From Eledone cirrhosa (Eukaryota), in NCBI GenBank assembly GCA_964016885.1, contig OZ024749.1, positions 40,982,001 through 41,046,000 on the forward strand: 64,000 nucleotides of DNA, given 5' to 3'. Made by a program: the position numbers and the translations under genes. Of the stretch, positions 1-13,635 are shown one piece after another. The notes under the pieces are model-generated. The model saw only the letters and a list, made by a program, of their open reading frames with translations. It made no database searches and was not told the origin of the DNA. The first letter of the stretch is position 1. Each line of letters opens with the position of its first letter.

Positions 1-279
1 CAGAGCCCATCTCTCTGAATACAGCTGAATACTTCCAAATAAAGTGAGAGAGAGACAGGAGGGTGGATGGATGGATCGATCGATAGCTAGATAGATGAAG
101 AATCGATTTCAAGTATTTGATTGGTATTTTATTTATCGACCTCGGAAGAAGGAAAGATAATAAATTTTAAAAAATGACTATCGGTACAAGTAATGCACTG
201 AGATCGATTTAATCGACTTTACCTTTCTCCTTCCCCACAATTGTTAACCTTGCGCCTAAATAAGAAATTATTATTACCC

Positions 280-425
280 ACCGAGGTCAACTTTGCCTTT
301 CATCCTTCCGGGGTCGATAAAATAAAGTACCACCAGTCAAGTACTGAGAGTCGATAAAATCGACTTTCTACTCGCCCCCTCTCCACCCAAATTGCAGACC
401 TTGTGCCAAAATTAGAAACAATTAT
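280..425 (+). mobile_element. 5'-truncated tRNA-derived SINE (family S1, central domain GCCTTTCATCCTTCCGGGGTCGATAAAATAAAGTACC)
   Basis: Matches the 3' two-thirds of full-length copies at 44764 and 56097; further fragments at about 110-275 (-) and 680-760 (+). Confidence 0.75.
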
Positions 426-789
426 TGAAAAAAAGGTTTTAAAAATTCAATAAATTAAAGTACCAGTCATATCCTGGGTGGATTTACTCGTATACATCCG
501 CTTTCACCGCCTCCATCCCAAACAACGACTCTATTCCTTATGGTTGTCGCTGTTGTAGTTTGGGAAAGGTGAAAGCATGGATGCCACAACATCTCATTCA
601 CCTGGAGTGTCATATCCTAAATAATCATCGTTAAATTAAGATGTTGATGTTTGTCATTGTTGCTGGTTTCTATGTTGTTTTACCAGTAATGTACTGGGTA
701 ATTGCTGGCCTTGAAGTACTGGGTAATTGCTGGCCTTGAACCAAAAGTAGAAACAATTATTATTATTGTTACTGTTGTTATGGTGCTAC

Positions 790-1345
790 GCAGTACGTTT
801 GTGTGTGTATGTGTCATTACGATGATAGTGTGTGTGATGATGGTGTTTGTTGTATAAGGTGTGTATGTGTGTGTGATGAAGGTGTTTGTTGTATAGGTGT
901 GTACGTGATGAGGGTGTTTGTTGTATAAGGTGTGTACGTGATGAGGGTGTTTGTTGTATAAGGTGTGTATGTGTGAGTGATGAGGATGATGGTGTGTGTT
1001 GTATAAGGTGTGTATGTGTGTATATGGATGATGGTGTTTTGTATGTGTGTGTGATGGGATGATGGTTTTGTTGTATAAGCTATGTGCATGCGTGTGTGTG
1101 AAGATGGTGTTTGTGTGTGTGTGTATATATATATGTGTGTGTGTGATGACCATGATGGTGTTTGTGTGTGAGGTATGTGTGTGTTTGTGTATATATATGT
1201 GTGTGATGATCATGATGGTGTTTGTGTATGAGGTATGTGTATATATGTGTGTGTGTGTGATGACCATGATGGTGTTTGTGTATGAGGTATGTGTGTGATG
1301 AGGATGATGGTTATGTTGTATAAGTAAGATGTGTATATGTTTGTG
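790..1345. repeat. Compound (TG)n/(TGA)n degenerate minisatellite
   Basis: Recurrent GATGGTGTTTGTTGTATAAGGTGTGT-type units seen directly. Confidence 0.85.
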
Positions 1346-1617
1346 TGTAAGTTACCGTTAGCATTTTTTTTAATACATGTAAACATTGTGTGTGTGTTAG
1401 AAATAGATAGATTTGCATATAATATGCTGACATAAACATACATGAACATACACACACATATATACACCTGTGTTTATGTGTACATTACACACTCACACAT
1501 ACCCACACATATGCACAAGGTTTACATATATATATAAATGCTAAATACACGCAGTTACACATGCACATGTATGTATGTATATATATATATGTGTGTGTGT
1601 ATGTGTGTGTGTATGCA

Positions 1618-1725
1618 TCCCGGGTTCAATCGAGGGTAACAGCAGTAAGGTACTGAATACATAGTAGATGATTTCCTTCGAATGAAACGGTTCTAGTCCT
1701 GTAGAAGCTATTTCTATATTAAATA
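1618..1725. mobile_element. Rearranged copy of hammerhead-associated short element family A
   Basis: 1618-1661 resembles the reverse complement of 15652-15697; 1667-1722 matches 15579-15634 (GATGATTTC...GAATGAAAC.GTTCTAGTCCTGTAGAA). Confidence 0.65.
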
Positions 1726-2210
1726 TTATATATATATGTTTACATGTGTGTAGATGCTAATGACTTCATATCTGAACAATAACAGGCGCCATGTTGGTTT
1801 CTACCATAAACAACAACATGAGAGAAGAAATGTCAACGAAGGTACCTCTAGGTGGTTACCAGACAAGCTAGAAATAGCAGCCAAATAATTCTTCAAAGCA
1901 TATCGTACAATATTTGTTTATTGTTTTTTTTAAAAAAGACATTGGATAATGTAGGGCTATCTTTGATTATAAGGTACCACTTTGACTTTATGAAACTGTA
2001 GCTAGTATTTGTTCTTTGGTAGCCGTAAAAGAATTTCTTTTTAAATGGTATGTTGTAGCGACCAGCTTGATTGTCATAGGGAGTGGGTGGAATGTGTTAA
2101 TATCAATAGATTCCGAAATAAGAAACTGAAAATATCTTGACCGATTAAATTCACTGGAGTCATTTCACAGGCTTCACTCATACATACACACGCACGCACG
2201 CATATATATA

Positions 2211-2246
<36 letters not shown>

Positions 2247-2463
2247 ACAGATCTGTCAACCTCTAACAATCCAAACGGGCAGTATCATGGAAAAAAAAGT
2301 GACCCAAAACAGGGAGAAATGAGGTAAAATGGGGAGATTTTACATAATGAAAGCTATACCTATTTTCACAAGTGAAGACAACTCTCACCCACCCCAAAGT
2401 GGGTGGGAGATCTCCCCGTCGGACGTCAGACAGGGAGAGTTGACAGGTCTGCACATAGACAAA

Positions 2464-2507
<44 letters not shown>

Positions 2508-2914
2508 GCCAACAAGAGAACCCTAATCTTAATGAAGGCTAATTTGAAGTCCACTCTAATGTAGGCCACGTCTCCAGTTTGTGGATACCTCTTTCTCAAC
2601 AGTACTGAATTTACATATGGACTAAGTGGGAAGCAGCCAGGCGCCTCATACTCAAGAGGGCCCCAATACTTATTAAAATAGATATTGATATTCCAGGGTT
2701 CAAATCCAACTGAGGTCAATGTTGTTTTTCATCCTTTGATTAACTAACGTACTGGTCAAGTACTGACTGATACTTGATACTATTGCACCACTTCTCCACA
2801 AATATAAACCATAATAATACACCATGTGTCTTTCTTCGAGTCAATTTTTTTTCTCTGCTTTCTCTTCTTATAGCCTCTAGGATTGTGTTTAGTATTATTC
2901 CTTTATTATGTAAC

Positions 2915-3048
2915 CATTATGCAATATACACCTGATGATGTTGCCAGGATTCTACATAACCTGGCCACTCAAATGTATATAATGTTTGCAGAAATAAAAC
3001 TTTGAAGGAGTCTCACAAGTCCAGCCTCCTGTCATTTTAATCAATAAA
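2915..3048 (+). mobile_element. Penelope-like pLTR fragment (family D) with a mutated hammerhead (GAAA changed to CAAA)
   Basis: CTGATGA at 2932-2938, stem II GTTGCCAGG/CCTGGCCAC, CAAA at 2970; homologous to 14695-14832, 57630-57730 and 46660-46710. Confidence 0.7.
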
Positions 3049-3207
3049 AATTCACTCCATTCCTGCACCACCAACAGGATTCAGCATCAAAGATGGATGA
3101 GTTGCGTAACATTGAATGCTTTTCCTATGTTTACATCATGGTTATGATACGGAATGACCAGTTCTATTCAGCAGTGACCCACCAAACTTCAATAATATAT
3201 ATATATA

Positions 3208-3540
3208 TGGCTTAGTGGTTAGAGCATTGGCTTTGCAATCGAAAGGTTGTGAGTTCAATTCTCAGACCGGGTGATGTGTTGTTTCCTTGAGCAAGACACT
3301 TTATTTCACATTGCTCCAGTTTACTCAGCTGTAGAAATGAGATGATAGGGACTAGGGTCCATATCATTCCACTGCAAAGTGGTCGTGGAGGTGCCACAGC
3401 AAAAAAGCACCCAGCACTCACTGTAAATGAGGTTGGTGTTAGGAAGGGCATCCAGCTGTAGAAATCAAGCCAGAATCAGTTCCCGTCCCACCCTTGCAAG
3501 CAGGGAAAAGTGGACGTAAAATAATGATGATGATGATGAT
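3208..3540 (+). mobile_element. tRNA-derived CORE-type SINE with RTE-like 3' tail ending (ATG)n
   Basis: A box TGGCTTAGTGG, B-box-like GAGTTCAATTC, CORE-like TCCTTGAGCAAGACACTT; near-identical copy at 26211-26555. Confidence 0.85.
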
Positions 3541-3794
3541 TATATATATATCTAGGGCGGGTAAAATTCCTGATATCCATGGATGAGTTCTCTCCAACAT
3601 CAGCATATGTTAACTTCGGTCTTCCAGAGAGAGAGAGAGAGAGAGAGAGAGATTTCTAACTATAACTCATATATATATATATATATATATAATCATTTCA
3701 CACACATATACACACAAATAGTTTTTCCCATATGAGTTGAGATAAGTGAAGTGCTAATTATAGGTTTGAAGTTCCCACTTGTACATAGACCTAG

Positions 3795-4280
3795 AGATAA
3801 GTAGGTGGGTAGATAGGTAGGTAGGTAGGTGGGTAGATATGTAGGTGGGTAGATAGATAGGTGGGTAGATAGATAGATAGGTAGGTGGGTAGATAGATAG
3901 ATATGTAGGTGGGTAGATAGATAGATAGGTAGGTGGGTAGATATGTAGGTAGGGAGATAGACAGGTAGATAGATAGGTAGGTAGGTAGATAGATAGATAG
4001 GTACACAGGTGAGTAGATATATATAGGTAGATAGATAGATATATAGATTGACAGGTGGGTAGATACGTATGTAGGTAGATAGTTAGGTAGAGATATAGAT
4101 AGATAGGTAGGGAGATAGACAGGTAGGTAGAGAGATAGATATATATAGATAGACAGGTAGGTAGATAGATATGTAGGCATAGATATAGGGAGATAGGTAG
4201 GCTGGCAGAGAGACAGGCATACAGACATATATAGAGAGAGACAGATAGATATATATATATATAGAGAGAGAGATAGATAT
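3795..4280. repeat. (GATA)n/(GGTA)n compound microsatellite
   Basis: Direct inspection. Confidence 0.9.
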
Positions 4281-4801
4281 ATTTCTTTATTAGCCACAAG
4301 GGCGCACAAGAAAAGGGGACAATACAAAGACATGCCGGGGATTTTACATGCAGTCGTGTAAAAAATATAAAAACAAACAATTACAACAATCGAAATCCCC
4401 AATAGGGGGGAGGCGCCACAAATGGGTTGTTTAATACCCCGTCGATAGAACAACCCTCAACTTCAGGAGCGTGTTGTGCAAGTGCTCCTTTCTTCCTTTT
4501 GCTCTCTTCCTCAACCTACAGGCTTATAAACAGAGAAGGCCCAATCACTCGGGCCATTTTCGCTTCATTCACCCACCTTTCAGTAAATTTACTGGGGTGC
4601 AGTGCCTCTCTCTCCACCCTTCTTTAAGTATCACTTCTAAAGTGACACTTAAAGAAGGGAATCAATTGTTGTCCGGAGAGAAAGGCATCTGTCCCCAGTC
4701 CTCTCAATCTCGTCCACCATATAACTTCTTTCACCATAGCCACTGTACAGAGGAAAACCGCCTCTCTTTCGTTTTTGAAAGAGGCTGGCGGTTTGATCCT
4801 T
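4275..4801 (-). mobile_element. L1/Tx1-clade LINE, 5'-truncated 3' fragment
   Basis: Minus ORF IKPPASFKNEREAVFLCTVAMVKEVIWWTRLRGL; nearly identical to the longer copy at 21834-22534 that includes the CCHC knuckle; ends AATAAAG next to (TATC)n. Confidence 0.8.
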
Positions 4802-4936
4802 AATATATAGTGATAGATAGGCAGGTAGACAGTGAGATGTGCAGACATATATATGTGTACATGTACATATGTATATATATATGTATGTATATATATGTGT
4901 CTACCTATTTATCTCCCCCCACTCTCTCTTTCTATA

Positions 4937-4970
<34 letters not shown>

Positions 4971-5030
4971 TGTGTGTGTGTATATATATATATACATATA
5001 TATGTATATATATATATATGTATATATATG

Positions 5031-5426
5031 TATTAGTTTTGCGAGGTTTTTGATATGAAATCGTGTCGAAACAAACAACACTGACCTAAGAGAAGTATAA
5101 ATAAATAAATAAATAAATAAACAGACTAAATAAAGATGGCGTAAGCATACAATGTAACGGGAGGAAACATAATAGCACCACTGACGATGTTGCAGATGTG
5201 CAACGAAAGAACTTTGATAGACTATATATATGTGTTTGTGTCTATATTGTATCTGCATTTTTGACCGTTGGTCAGTCAATGGTAACATTGAGGACCGAAT
5301 AAATTAAATTAACCGATATAAAAGACACAGAAGCGAAAACCAACCAAACAGTGAGTGTGTTCTGTTATTAATTCTGGCAATATTATTATTATTACACAAA
5401 TATGACCCTCCCCAAGTATAACAATA
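5031..5426 (+). mobile_element. Short hammerhead-bearing element (family E) inside (TA)n
   Basis: About 395 bp island flanked by (TA)n; homologous to 35575-36252 and, at its terminus and ribozyme, to 9771-10030. Confidence 0.75.
5177..5218 (+). ncRNA. Type I hammerhead ribozyme motif (family E)
   Basis: acca-CTGACGA-t-GTTGCA-gatg-TGCAAC-GAAA-gaac-TT-tgat; stem I has one mismatch. Confidence 0.65.
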
Positions 5427-5428
5427 TA

Positions 5429-5479
<51 letters not shown>

Positions 5480-5506
5480 AAACAATGCTTCAAGCAAACT
5501 TCAATA

Positions 5507-5542
<36 letters not shown>

Positions 5543-5543
<1 letters not shown>

Positions 5544-5760
5544 CAGTCGATTAACTTTCGTCAAATCGGACCGAGGAAACAATGTTTCCATTGGCCTTTC
5601 CAATTGCTAATACTATCTATCGGTCGCAACTCCAAGTAGAAGGAGCAACGTGAAATAAAGTGTCTTGCCCAGGGACATAACACATCGCCCGGTCCAGGAA
5701 TCGAACTCACAACCTCACGATTGAGAGTTCATTTCTCTTACCACTCAGCCACACGCCTTC
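5543..5760 (-). mobile_element. tRNA-derived CORE-type SINE, 3' tail variant 2
   Basis: Minus strand begins GAAGGCGTGTGGCTGAGTGGT with B box GAGTTCGATTCC; further copies at 5803-6018 and 54445-54660. Confidence 0.85.
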
Positions 5761-5802
5761 ATATATATATATATATATATATATATTATGTATGTATAGG
5801 AA

Positions 5803-6018
5803 GACGATCGACTTTTGTCAAATCGGACCGAGGGAACAATGTTTCCGTTGGTCTTTCCAATTGCTAATACTATCTATCGGTCGCAACTCCAGGTAGAAGG
5901 AGCAACGTGAAATAAAGTGTCTTGCTCAAGGACATAACGCATCGCCTGGTCCAGGAATCGAACTCACAACCTTACGATTGCGAATCTAATTCTCTAACCA
6001 CTCAGCCACACGCCTTCA
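5803..6018 (-). mobile_element. tRNA-derived CORE-type SINE, 3' tail variant 2 (second neighbouring copy)
   Basis: Highly similar to 5543-5760. Confidence 0.85.
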
Positions 6019-6389
6019 CTATGTATATATATATATATATGGGTATGTAGGTTTTTTTTGTTAATTGACTGTCAAAAATAACAAATTGACTTATAGGCAG
6101 ATAGCAGCAGTAACAACAACAACAACAGCAACAGTGATATCAACAATAATAACAACAATAGGAAACAGCATCATCAACCACATCATCATTAGCATCAGCA
6201 GCAGCCACATCAGGATAATCATCATCATCGTCTTCATCATCATCAGTAGCAGATGTAGGCGTGATGCCAAGATGGTGTGTGATAGGGTTTGATGTAGTTA
6301 ACCCTCGTCAAGCAAGAGAATGAGAAGAATCTTCTGGAAATATTCTAAGAAAGAGACACAAAAAAAATGAGAAAAAAATATGAAATAAT

Positions 6390-6577
6390 TGTTTCTACGT
6401 TAGGCACAAGGCCAGCAATTACTCAGTGCATTACTGGTACTTTATTTTATCGACCCCGTAAGGATGAAAGGCAAAGTTAACCTCGGCGGGATTTGAACTC
6501 AGAATGGCAAGGGCCGTAACTCTATACGCCAAAGCATGGCGTCCGACCCTCTACCAATACTGCCAATCCACCGCCCT
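6390..6577 (-). mobile_element. Full-length SINE family S1 with target-site duplication
   Basis: A/B boxes on the minus strand; AAAATATGAAATAAT repeated on both sides. Confidence 0.85.
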
Positions 6578-6659
6578 TATAAAATATGAAATAATGGTAA
6601 ACTAGTTGTTGTAGCAGCAATGACAGCTTGGAATACATCTTTTGACATACTGGGCTGTA

Positions 6660-6775
6660 GTTTATCTTTCAGGCACCATCTGTTTCATTCAAAAGAAATC
6701 AATGGGAAAGCTTTCATGATGATTTCTTTTGAATGAAACAACTGTAGTCCTGTAGAAGTCATTTTTATATTAAAT
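6660..6775. mobile_element. Diverged fold-back copy of family A
   Basis: GTTTCATTCAAAAGAAATCA...TGATTTCTTTTGAATGAAAC inverted pair followed by TAGTCCTGTAGAAG. Confidence 0.65.
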
Positions 6776-7513
6776 ATGATATATATTAATATAATATATA
6801 TCAAATAGGGTGTGGTAAAAACCAGGTAGACCATAACCCACCAGCATATTCAATACTTGGGGTAGTAGAGTGATTAAGATTAAGAAGTTTTCTTCACAAA
6901 CATAAGTTTCCTGATTCAGTCTCGCTCTGTTGCTGTATGGCATCTTGGGAAAATGTCTTTTACCCTAGTGTTGGTTGACCTGAGTATTTTGAGTGAAATT
7001 GAACTGGCTCCACTTACCCTTAGTATATTTAGCTGTACCACATTTGTATAGCTATAGCCATGTACAGCCTGCATTGTATTGCTGTACCAGAAATACATTT
7101 GCAATATGATACAGCTGCACCTGTAACAGCTGTAACATGTTTAAATATATATGATGATGATGATGATGATAATGATGATATATATATATACATATATATA
7201 TTGATAGTCTGCAGTACTGGGAGTGGGAAAACCACAAATCAAAGAAGTACTCAATACATGGTATGATGCAGAGTGAGTATATTAGTAAAAGTAGAGGATC
7301 TACCACAAGCTTGGTGGTTTCAGTTAGTTACTTCTAGAAGAGGTAACTAGCCAAAACTGCCAAGCTCGTAGTAAATCCTTGAGATTTCGGCATTATGCTG
7401 TACTGCAGAAGACCCACTGTCCCATATACACAAAATGAAATGAAACAAATATATAGAGGACACACTAGTCTGTACCAATCTTCTCTTCACCCCTCCCCAT
7501 TCACACACCCCAG

Positions 7514-8226
7514 TCTTAGCAGTAGAGGAAGGTGCTCCAAAAGCATAGTAGCTTGAATAAGAACAGGATGAAAAATGTTCTGGGAGCTATTACCTCTGTT
7601 GATGACAAAAGGTTTCTTTCTATGAACAAAAGGTCGGCTGTATGTTGCCTGAGTATGATGTGTGATGCTGCATAGTAGTAAGACATGGACAGTGAATGGA
7701 GAAGATATGCGAAAGCTGGAGAGAGAGCAAAGATGCTTTGATGGATGTGCAATGTTAATGTACATGAAAGACAAACCATGGATGAACTGAAAGAAAAACT
7801 GGGTATAAGAGGAATCAGATATAATGGGCAAGAGAGAAAACTGCATTGGTATGGACATGTGATGCATATGGATGATGACCACTGGGTGAGGAAGTACTGA
7901 GAAATTCTAGTGGTGAGAAGCTGTAGTAGAGGAAGCCCAAAGAAGACCTGGGTGGAGGTGGTGAGAGCTGACCTCATATATCACTGAAACTTACAGAGGA
8001 AATAATTGTTTCTACTTTTGGCACAAGGCCAGCAATTATCCCAGTAAATTACTGGTACTTTATTTTATCGACCCCCATAAGGATGAAAGGCAAAGTTAAC
8101 CTCAGCGGGATTTGAACTTACAGAGGAAATAATGAAGGAACATGGCAAGTGGAGGAATGATGTGCAAAAAAGATCTGTCAAACCCATGCAAGCATGGAAA
8201 AGTGGATGTAAAATTGTGATGATGTC
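7514..8226 (+). mobile_element. RTE-clade LINE 3' fragment (decayed), interrupted by a truncated S1 SINE at about 8005-8115
   Basis: Translates to ELKEKLGIRGI...ERKLHWYGHVMHMDDDHWVRK...RGSPKKTWVEVVRADL, typical of the RTE C-terminus; AACTTACAGAGGAAATAAT duplicated around the SINE. Confidence 0.85.
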
Positions 8227-9016
8227 GATATACACCCACACATGCACACACATGCACCTGCACAAATACACACATATGCATGCACAAATACACACACACA
8301 TACAGATATAGATATTTGATTGAGCAAAGTTAATATATATATATCATATATCATATGCAACAGCAGGATCCCAATACAAAATCATTAATAACCATTTTGT
8401 TATTGATGTTGTTGTTGTTGTAGTGTGTACAATATATTAATATATAGAATAGAATATATTCTGAAAGGTAGAACATGCTCAAACATGTTTTTCATTTATT
8501 TATGTATGTATGTATATATGTGTGTGTGTGTGTGTGTGCATGTGTGTGTGTGTTTGTGTGTTTGTGTATGTGACTGCATGCGTGTAAATATGTATGTATA
8601 TATGTGTGGGTTGGCACCAAGAAAGACTTCTGGCTGTAGAATTTTAATACAAAAGTTTTATTCTAACCATGCTGTTAGGGAAACCTGATAATGTGATGAT
8701 GATAATGATGATGATGATGATGATGATGATATATCATGTAGTGGTCAAATCTATAGCTGCCATTACAATGAAATAAAGCCAGTCTGGAGGTCATATACAA
8801 TGAAATAGAGCCAGTATGGTGGTCATATACAATATACTAATCAGTTTGGTCCACTCTATGGCTGATACTATTGTGCTCTTATATAGCAACTAAACATGAA
8901 CATTTACATAGTGAATAGAAGAAAGAGTCTCGATATTTGCTTGATATGAAGTGGCAGCAACACATGGTAAATGAATGCCTGTATGGATCAGAAACTACTG
9001 GCTTCATGTATCATGG

Positions 9017-9307
9017 CATTGTGCTTGACATCCAGAAGAGTTAGACATAAATATAGTCCTGTGGGATCCATGTCATGGGGTGGGAAAGTGTGGTGAGGTT
9101 TCCAAAGTGAGAAGATCAGAGAATGTTGACTCTGTCTTCTAGGACATTGTGCTTGACATCCAGAAGAGTTAGACATAAATATAGTCCTGTGGGATCCATG
9201 TCATGGGGTGGGAAAGTGTGGTGAGGTTTCCAAAGTGAGAAGATCAGAGAATGTTGACTCTGTCTTCTAGGACATTGTGCTTGACATCCAGAAGAGTAAG
9301 ACATAAA
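9017..9307. repeat. 128-bp tandem repeat, about 2.3 copies
   Basis: CATTGTGCTTGACATCCAGAAGAG starts at 9017, 9145 and 9273. Confidence 0.9.
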
Positions 9308-9400
9308 TAAATCTGGTCCTGAAGATCCATGACATGGTGTGAGAAAGTATGGTAGAAAACATGTCATATATATTGGCAGTATCGGTAGATACTCTTTCTC

Positions 9401-9532
<132 letters not shown>

Positions 9533-9677
9533 TATATATCATCATCATCATTTTACGCCCACTTTTCGCTGCTTGCAAGGGTTGGACGAGTCCTATTCAG
9601 CACACCATTTCTCCATTCGTCATGGTCCTTCGTCATCTCCCCCGTGAGCTTCAGCGATCTGAGATCAGCTCTCCCAT

Positions 9678-10074
<397 letters not shown>

Positions 10075-10252
10075 ATATATATATGTATATATATATATGT
10101 ATATATATATACATATATGTATATATGTATATATATATGTATATATATATGTATATATGTATATATGTATATATATAACGAAGGAAATGTGGTAAGGAAC
10201 CAGATGAACCATAACGCATCAAAGTACTCAATACTTAGGGTAGTAGAGTGGG

Positions 10253-10310
<58 letters not shown>

Positions 10311-10349
10311 TATCAGGATTTTACCAGTTTTAAACTAGTAAGACCCTTA

Positions 10350-10510
10350 TTCAGCAGAGTACTCAATACTTGGGATAGTAGTGGGTGACTATATTAGAGA
10401 GAGTGAGGGCCTGACAGCTGAGCTCTTGCCATTTTGACAGCTAATTCAAGCCTGGAATTAGCTGTCAATATGGCAAGAGCTCAGCTGTCAGGCCTTAACT
10501 CTCTAATATA
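10350..10510 (-). mobile_element. Fold-back element family B (diverged)
   Basis: Inverted arms 10390-10447 and 10453-10510; homologous to 50720-50916; a family B tail fragment also lies at 10175-10254. Confidence 0.75.
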
Positions 10511-10676
10511 TATATATACACACACCTCATATACATATTCAAATGTGCACACACACACATACACACACACACATACATTGACATACATACAGACACAGGT
10601 ACTATAATTACAGTTTCCCATCGTTTTTCTCCTTATAGATAATATATAGCAGGGAAAACGAACATTAATTGACAAT

Positions 10677-10719
<43 letters not shown>

Positions 10720-11199
10720 GTTTAACGTCCATTTTCCACGACACAGACACAAAGAAATATATGTACGTATATATAAACACACACACATATATATATATGC
10801 AAGTATAAATACATATATGCAGATATATATGCATGTATATATATATATATATACACAGATATATATATATATATATGTATGTGTGTGTATGTGTGTGTGT
10901 ATGTGTGTGTATGTGTGTGTGTATGTGTGTGTGTACATGTATATCAATAATTACTAGTCTTCATTACTTTCACAAGAATTCAAATTAAATATTTAGGTAC
11001 GTTTATTACTTGTTAATTGAAACAGACAAGACTTGGAAGTGAATAATATGATCTCAGCTACAAAGTAACACAAAGGTGTGTGTCTTTATGTGTGTAATGT
11101 GTGTTAAATGTGTGTGTGTGATGTGTGTGTAATCTATGACTATTTTTTTCTTTCCCTATACACACATACACACAAAGGTATGTATGTTATCTATTTCTC

Positions 11200-11405
11200 T
11201 TAATTTCGAGTATATTTTTTTGACCGGCCACCTTCCTGGTGGCAAGGTTGTAAAAGAAAAGAAATTGTCATCCCTTGAATCGCAAGAATGTTTTGCAAAT
11301 TTTGAAGGTGCCAGCTATCGCAGCCATTTGTAGACTATGAATTAGGGAGCTGCACTTTTTGTCCACAAATCCAAGTTCAATCATACTTTGGTCCAAGCGG
11401 GTTGG
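11200..11405 (-). mobile_element. 3' end of a restriction-like-endonuclease LINE (R4/Dong-like)
   Basis: Minus translation PTRLDQSMIELGFVDKKCSSLIHSLQMAAIAGTFKICKTFLRFKG-stop resembles the LQxAAIxGTxxI C-terminus of RLE LINEs. Confidence 0.6.
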
Positions 11406-11642
11406 TATATGTATTTATGTATGTATGTATTTATGTACGTATGTATTTATGTATGTATGTATTTAAGTATGTATTTAAGTATGTATGTATGTGTATATGT
11501 ATGTATATGTATATGTATGAATGTAGGTATGTATGTATGAATATAGAGAGAAAGAGAGAGAAAGAAAGAGAGACAGAAGGCAAGATAAATTTATAATACA
11601 TAAATTTTTTTTGTTTTGTGTATATGTATATATGTGTATATG

Positions 11643-11674
<32 letters not shown>

Positions 11675-11686
11675 TATATGTATATA

Positions 11687-11742
<56 letters not shown>

Positions 11743-12002
11743 TGTGGAACCATGGAAACACATGTAAAATGAGAAGGATGATGATGATATGAGTGTGGAT
11801 GTAATAAACATTCATCTCTCACATCACAGGACATATTAGTTGGTTAATTAATTCTATACAAGAACACACACATATACACACAATCTCTCACACACACACA
11901 CTCACTCATACACGCACACACGCACACACACACAAACACACTCACAATCAAACTCACACACACACATTATTATTATTATATAATTTCAATTCATTTATAA
12001 GT

Positions 12003-12112
12003 GATTTTTACAAGACTAGTACTGTTTCATTCAATGGTAAAATCATCATGGGAGCTTTCCTGCTGATTTCACAACCAAATGAAATAGTATTAGTCCTGTA
12101 GAAGTCACTTCT
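12003..12112. mobile_element. Old fold-back copy of family A
   Basis: GACTAGTACTGTTTCATT...AATCATCATG...CTGCTGATTTC...AATGAAATAGTATTAGTCCTGTAGAAG. Confidence 0.6.
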
Positions 12113-12295
12113 AAAGGAAATAAACAGTCGGTTGTTAACCCTCCCAATCCCTCTACGAGGGGTTAGGTTATAGCCCTAAAATAATTTTAAATCTAGGTTA
12201 AATATATATTGTTACATACGCCCTTTTTTAGTTGTCATACAAACTGAGTGACAATACCATGCCTAGCAGTTCACACATTAGCTCCTTGTTTTGAT

Positions 12296-12968
12296 TTAAC
12301 CCTTTTAATAAAAAAAAGTTCCTGAAACCACTCCAGCTGTTTTGTTTGAAAGTGTTTATATTTATCTAAAAACCTCCCATCATAATTTTATGTAAGACTC
12401 TTTGTTAACCTATATTCCAAACACTAGATAATGAAAAAATTAGTTATATTACTATATACCGCCAAACTCTTGATTATTTTCAAAATGATTTGAAAATTAC
12501 AGACTTTTTTTTTTTAGAAATATGGTAATGAAAGAGTTAAAATGTTTTTAATTATCTAAAAACCTTCCGTTATAATTTTTTGTAAAGTGCGGCGGTTGAT
12601 TGGCAGTATCGGTAGAGCATTGGACGACATGCTTTGCAGTATATAGTTACATCCCTTTAAGTTCTGAGTTAAAATCCCGCCAAGGTTAGCTTTGTCTTTC
12701 ATTCTTACAGTTTCAATAAAATAAGGTACCAGTAAACACTGGGGTTAATTTGATCGATTTTCCCCTCCCTTCAAATTGCAGGCCTTGTGCCGATAGTAAA
12801 AATCATTATGATTTTTTTTGTAAAAACCTTTATGTTATGTTCCAAGCACTAACTTAACAATGGAAAAATTAGTTGTTTTTTAATCCCACCAAATTCTTGA
12901 TTATTTTTAGATGATTGTAAAATAATAGGCAGTGTTTTTCATAAGAAATATGGAAATGTAAGGGTTAA
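12296..12968. mobile_element. TTAA-flanked (piggyBac-type) MITE plus partial tandem copy, the latter interrupted by an S1 SINE at about 12588-12810
   Basis: TTAACCCTTT...AAAGAGTTAA (12296-12540) and ...TAAGGGTTAA (12968); duplicated internal sequence. Confidence 0.6.
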
Positions 12969-13117
12969 TGAAAGAGAAACTCAAGGATTGCTGACATTGC
13001 TTACCTCAGATACTTAGCTTTTGGCCAACATAAATCTTTTCAATGTAAACAAAAGTCAATTTAGACAAGAAAATTGGCCAATTATCTCACTCTGTAATTA
13101 GTAAAGATGTATTTAAT

Positions 13118-13635
13118 ATCATCATCAACATCATTATCATCATCAACAACAACATTGCCACCACCATTCTCATCATCATCATCATCATCACCACCATCAA
13201 CATCACCACCATCAACATCACCGCCATCAACATCACCATCACCATCATCATCATCACCATCAACATCGCCATCATCACCATGACCACCGTCAACATCACC
13301 ACCATCATTAGCATTATCAACATCATTATCATCATTGTCAAGATCATGATCATCATCATCAACACCAACACCACCACCACCACCACCACCACCAACCAAC
13401 ACTATCATCATCAGCAGCATCACCACCATCATCATAACCCCCATTACTATCATCAGCAGCAGCACTACCATCACCACCGCCACCACCACCACCATCAACA
13501 GCAGCAGCAGCATAATCACCACCACCAACACCACCACCACCAGCATCACCACCATCACCAGCAGCATCACCACCATCACTATCAGCATCATCATCAATCA
13601 CCACCACACCACCATCACTGCCACCACTGCTGCTG
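13118..13635. repeat. (CAT)n/(CAC)n/(CAG)n trinucleotide tract
   Basis: Direct inspection. Confidence 0.9.

Noticed and set aside
1785-1798. YY1-like motif (CCAACATGGCGCC on the minus strand)
   Set aside because: Isolated, with no CpG-rich or other promoter context.
5945-6018. tRNA gene
   Set aside because: tRNA-like head continues into CORE and tail sequence and is multicopy, so it is a SINE.
13005-13091. Minus-strand exon with GAG|GTAAGC donor
   Set aside because: Stops in all three frames and a weak pyrimidine tract.
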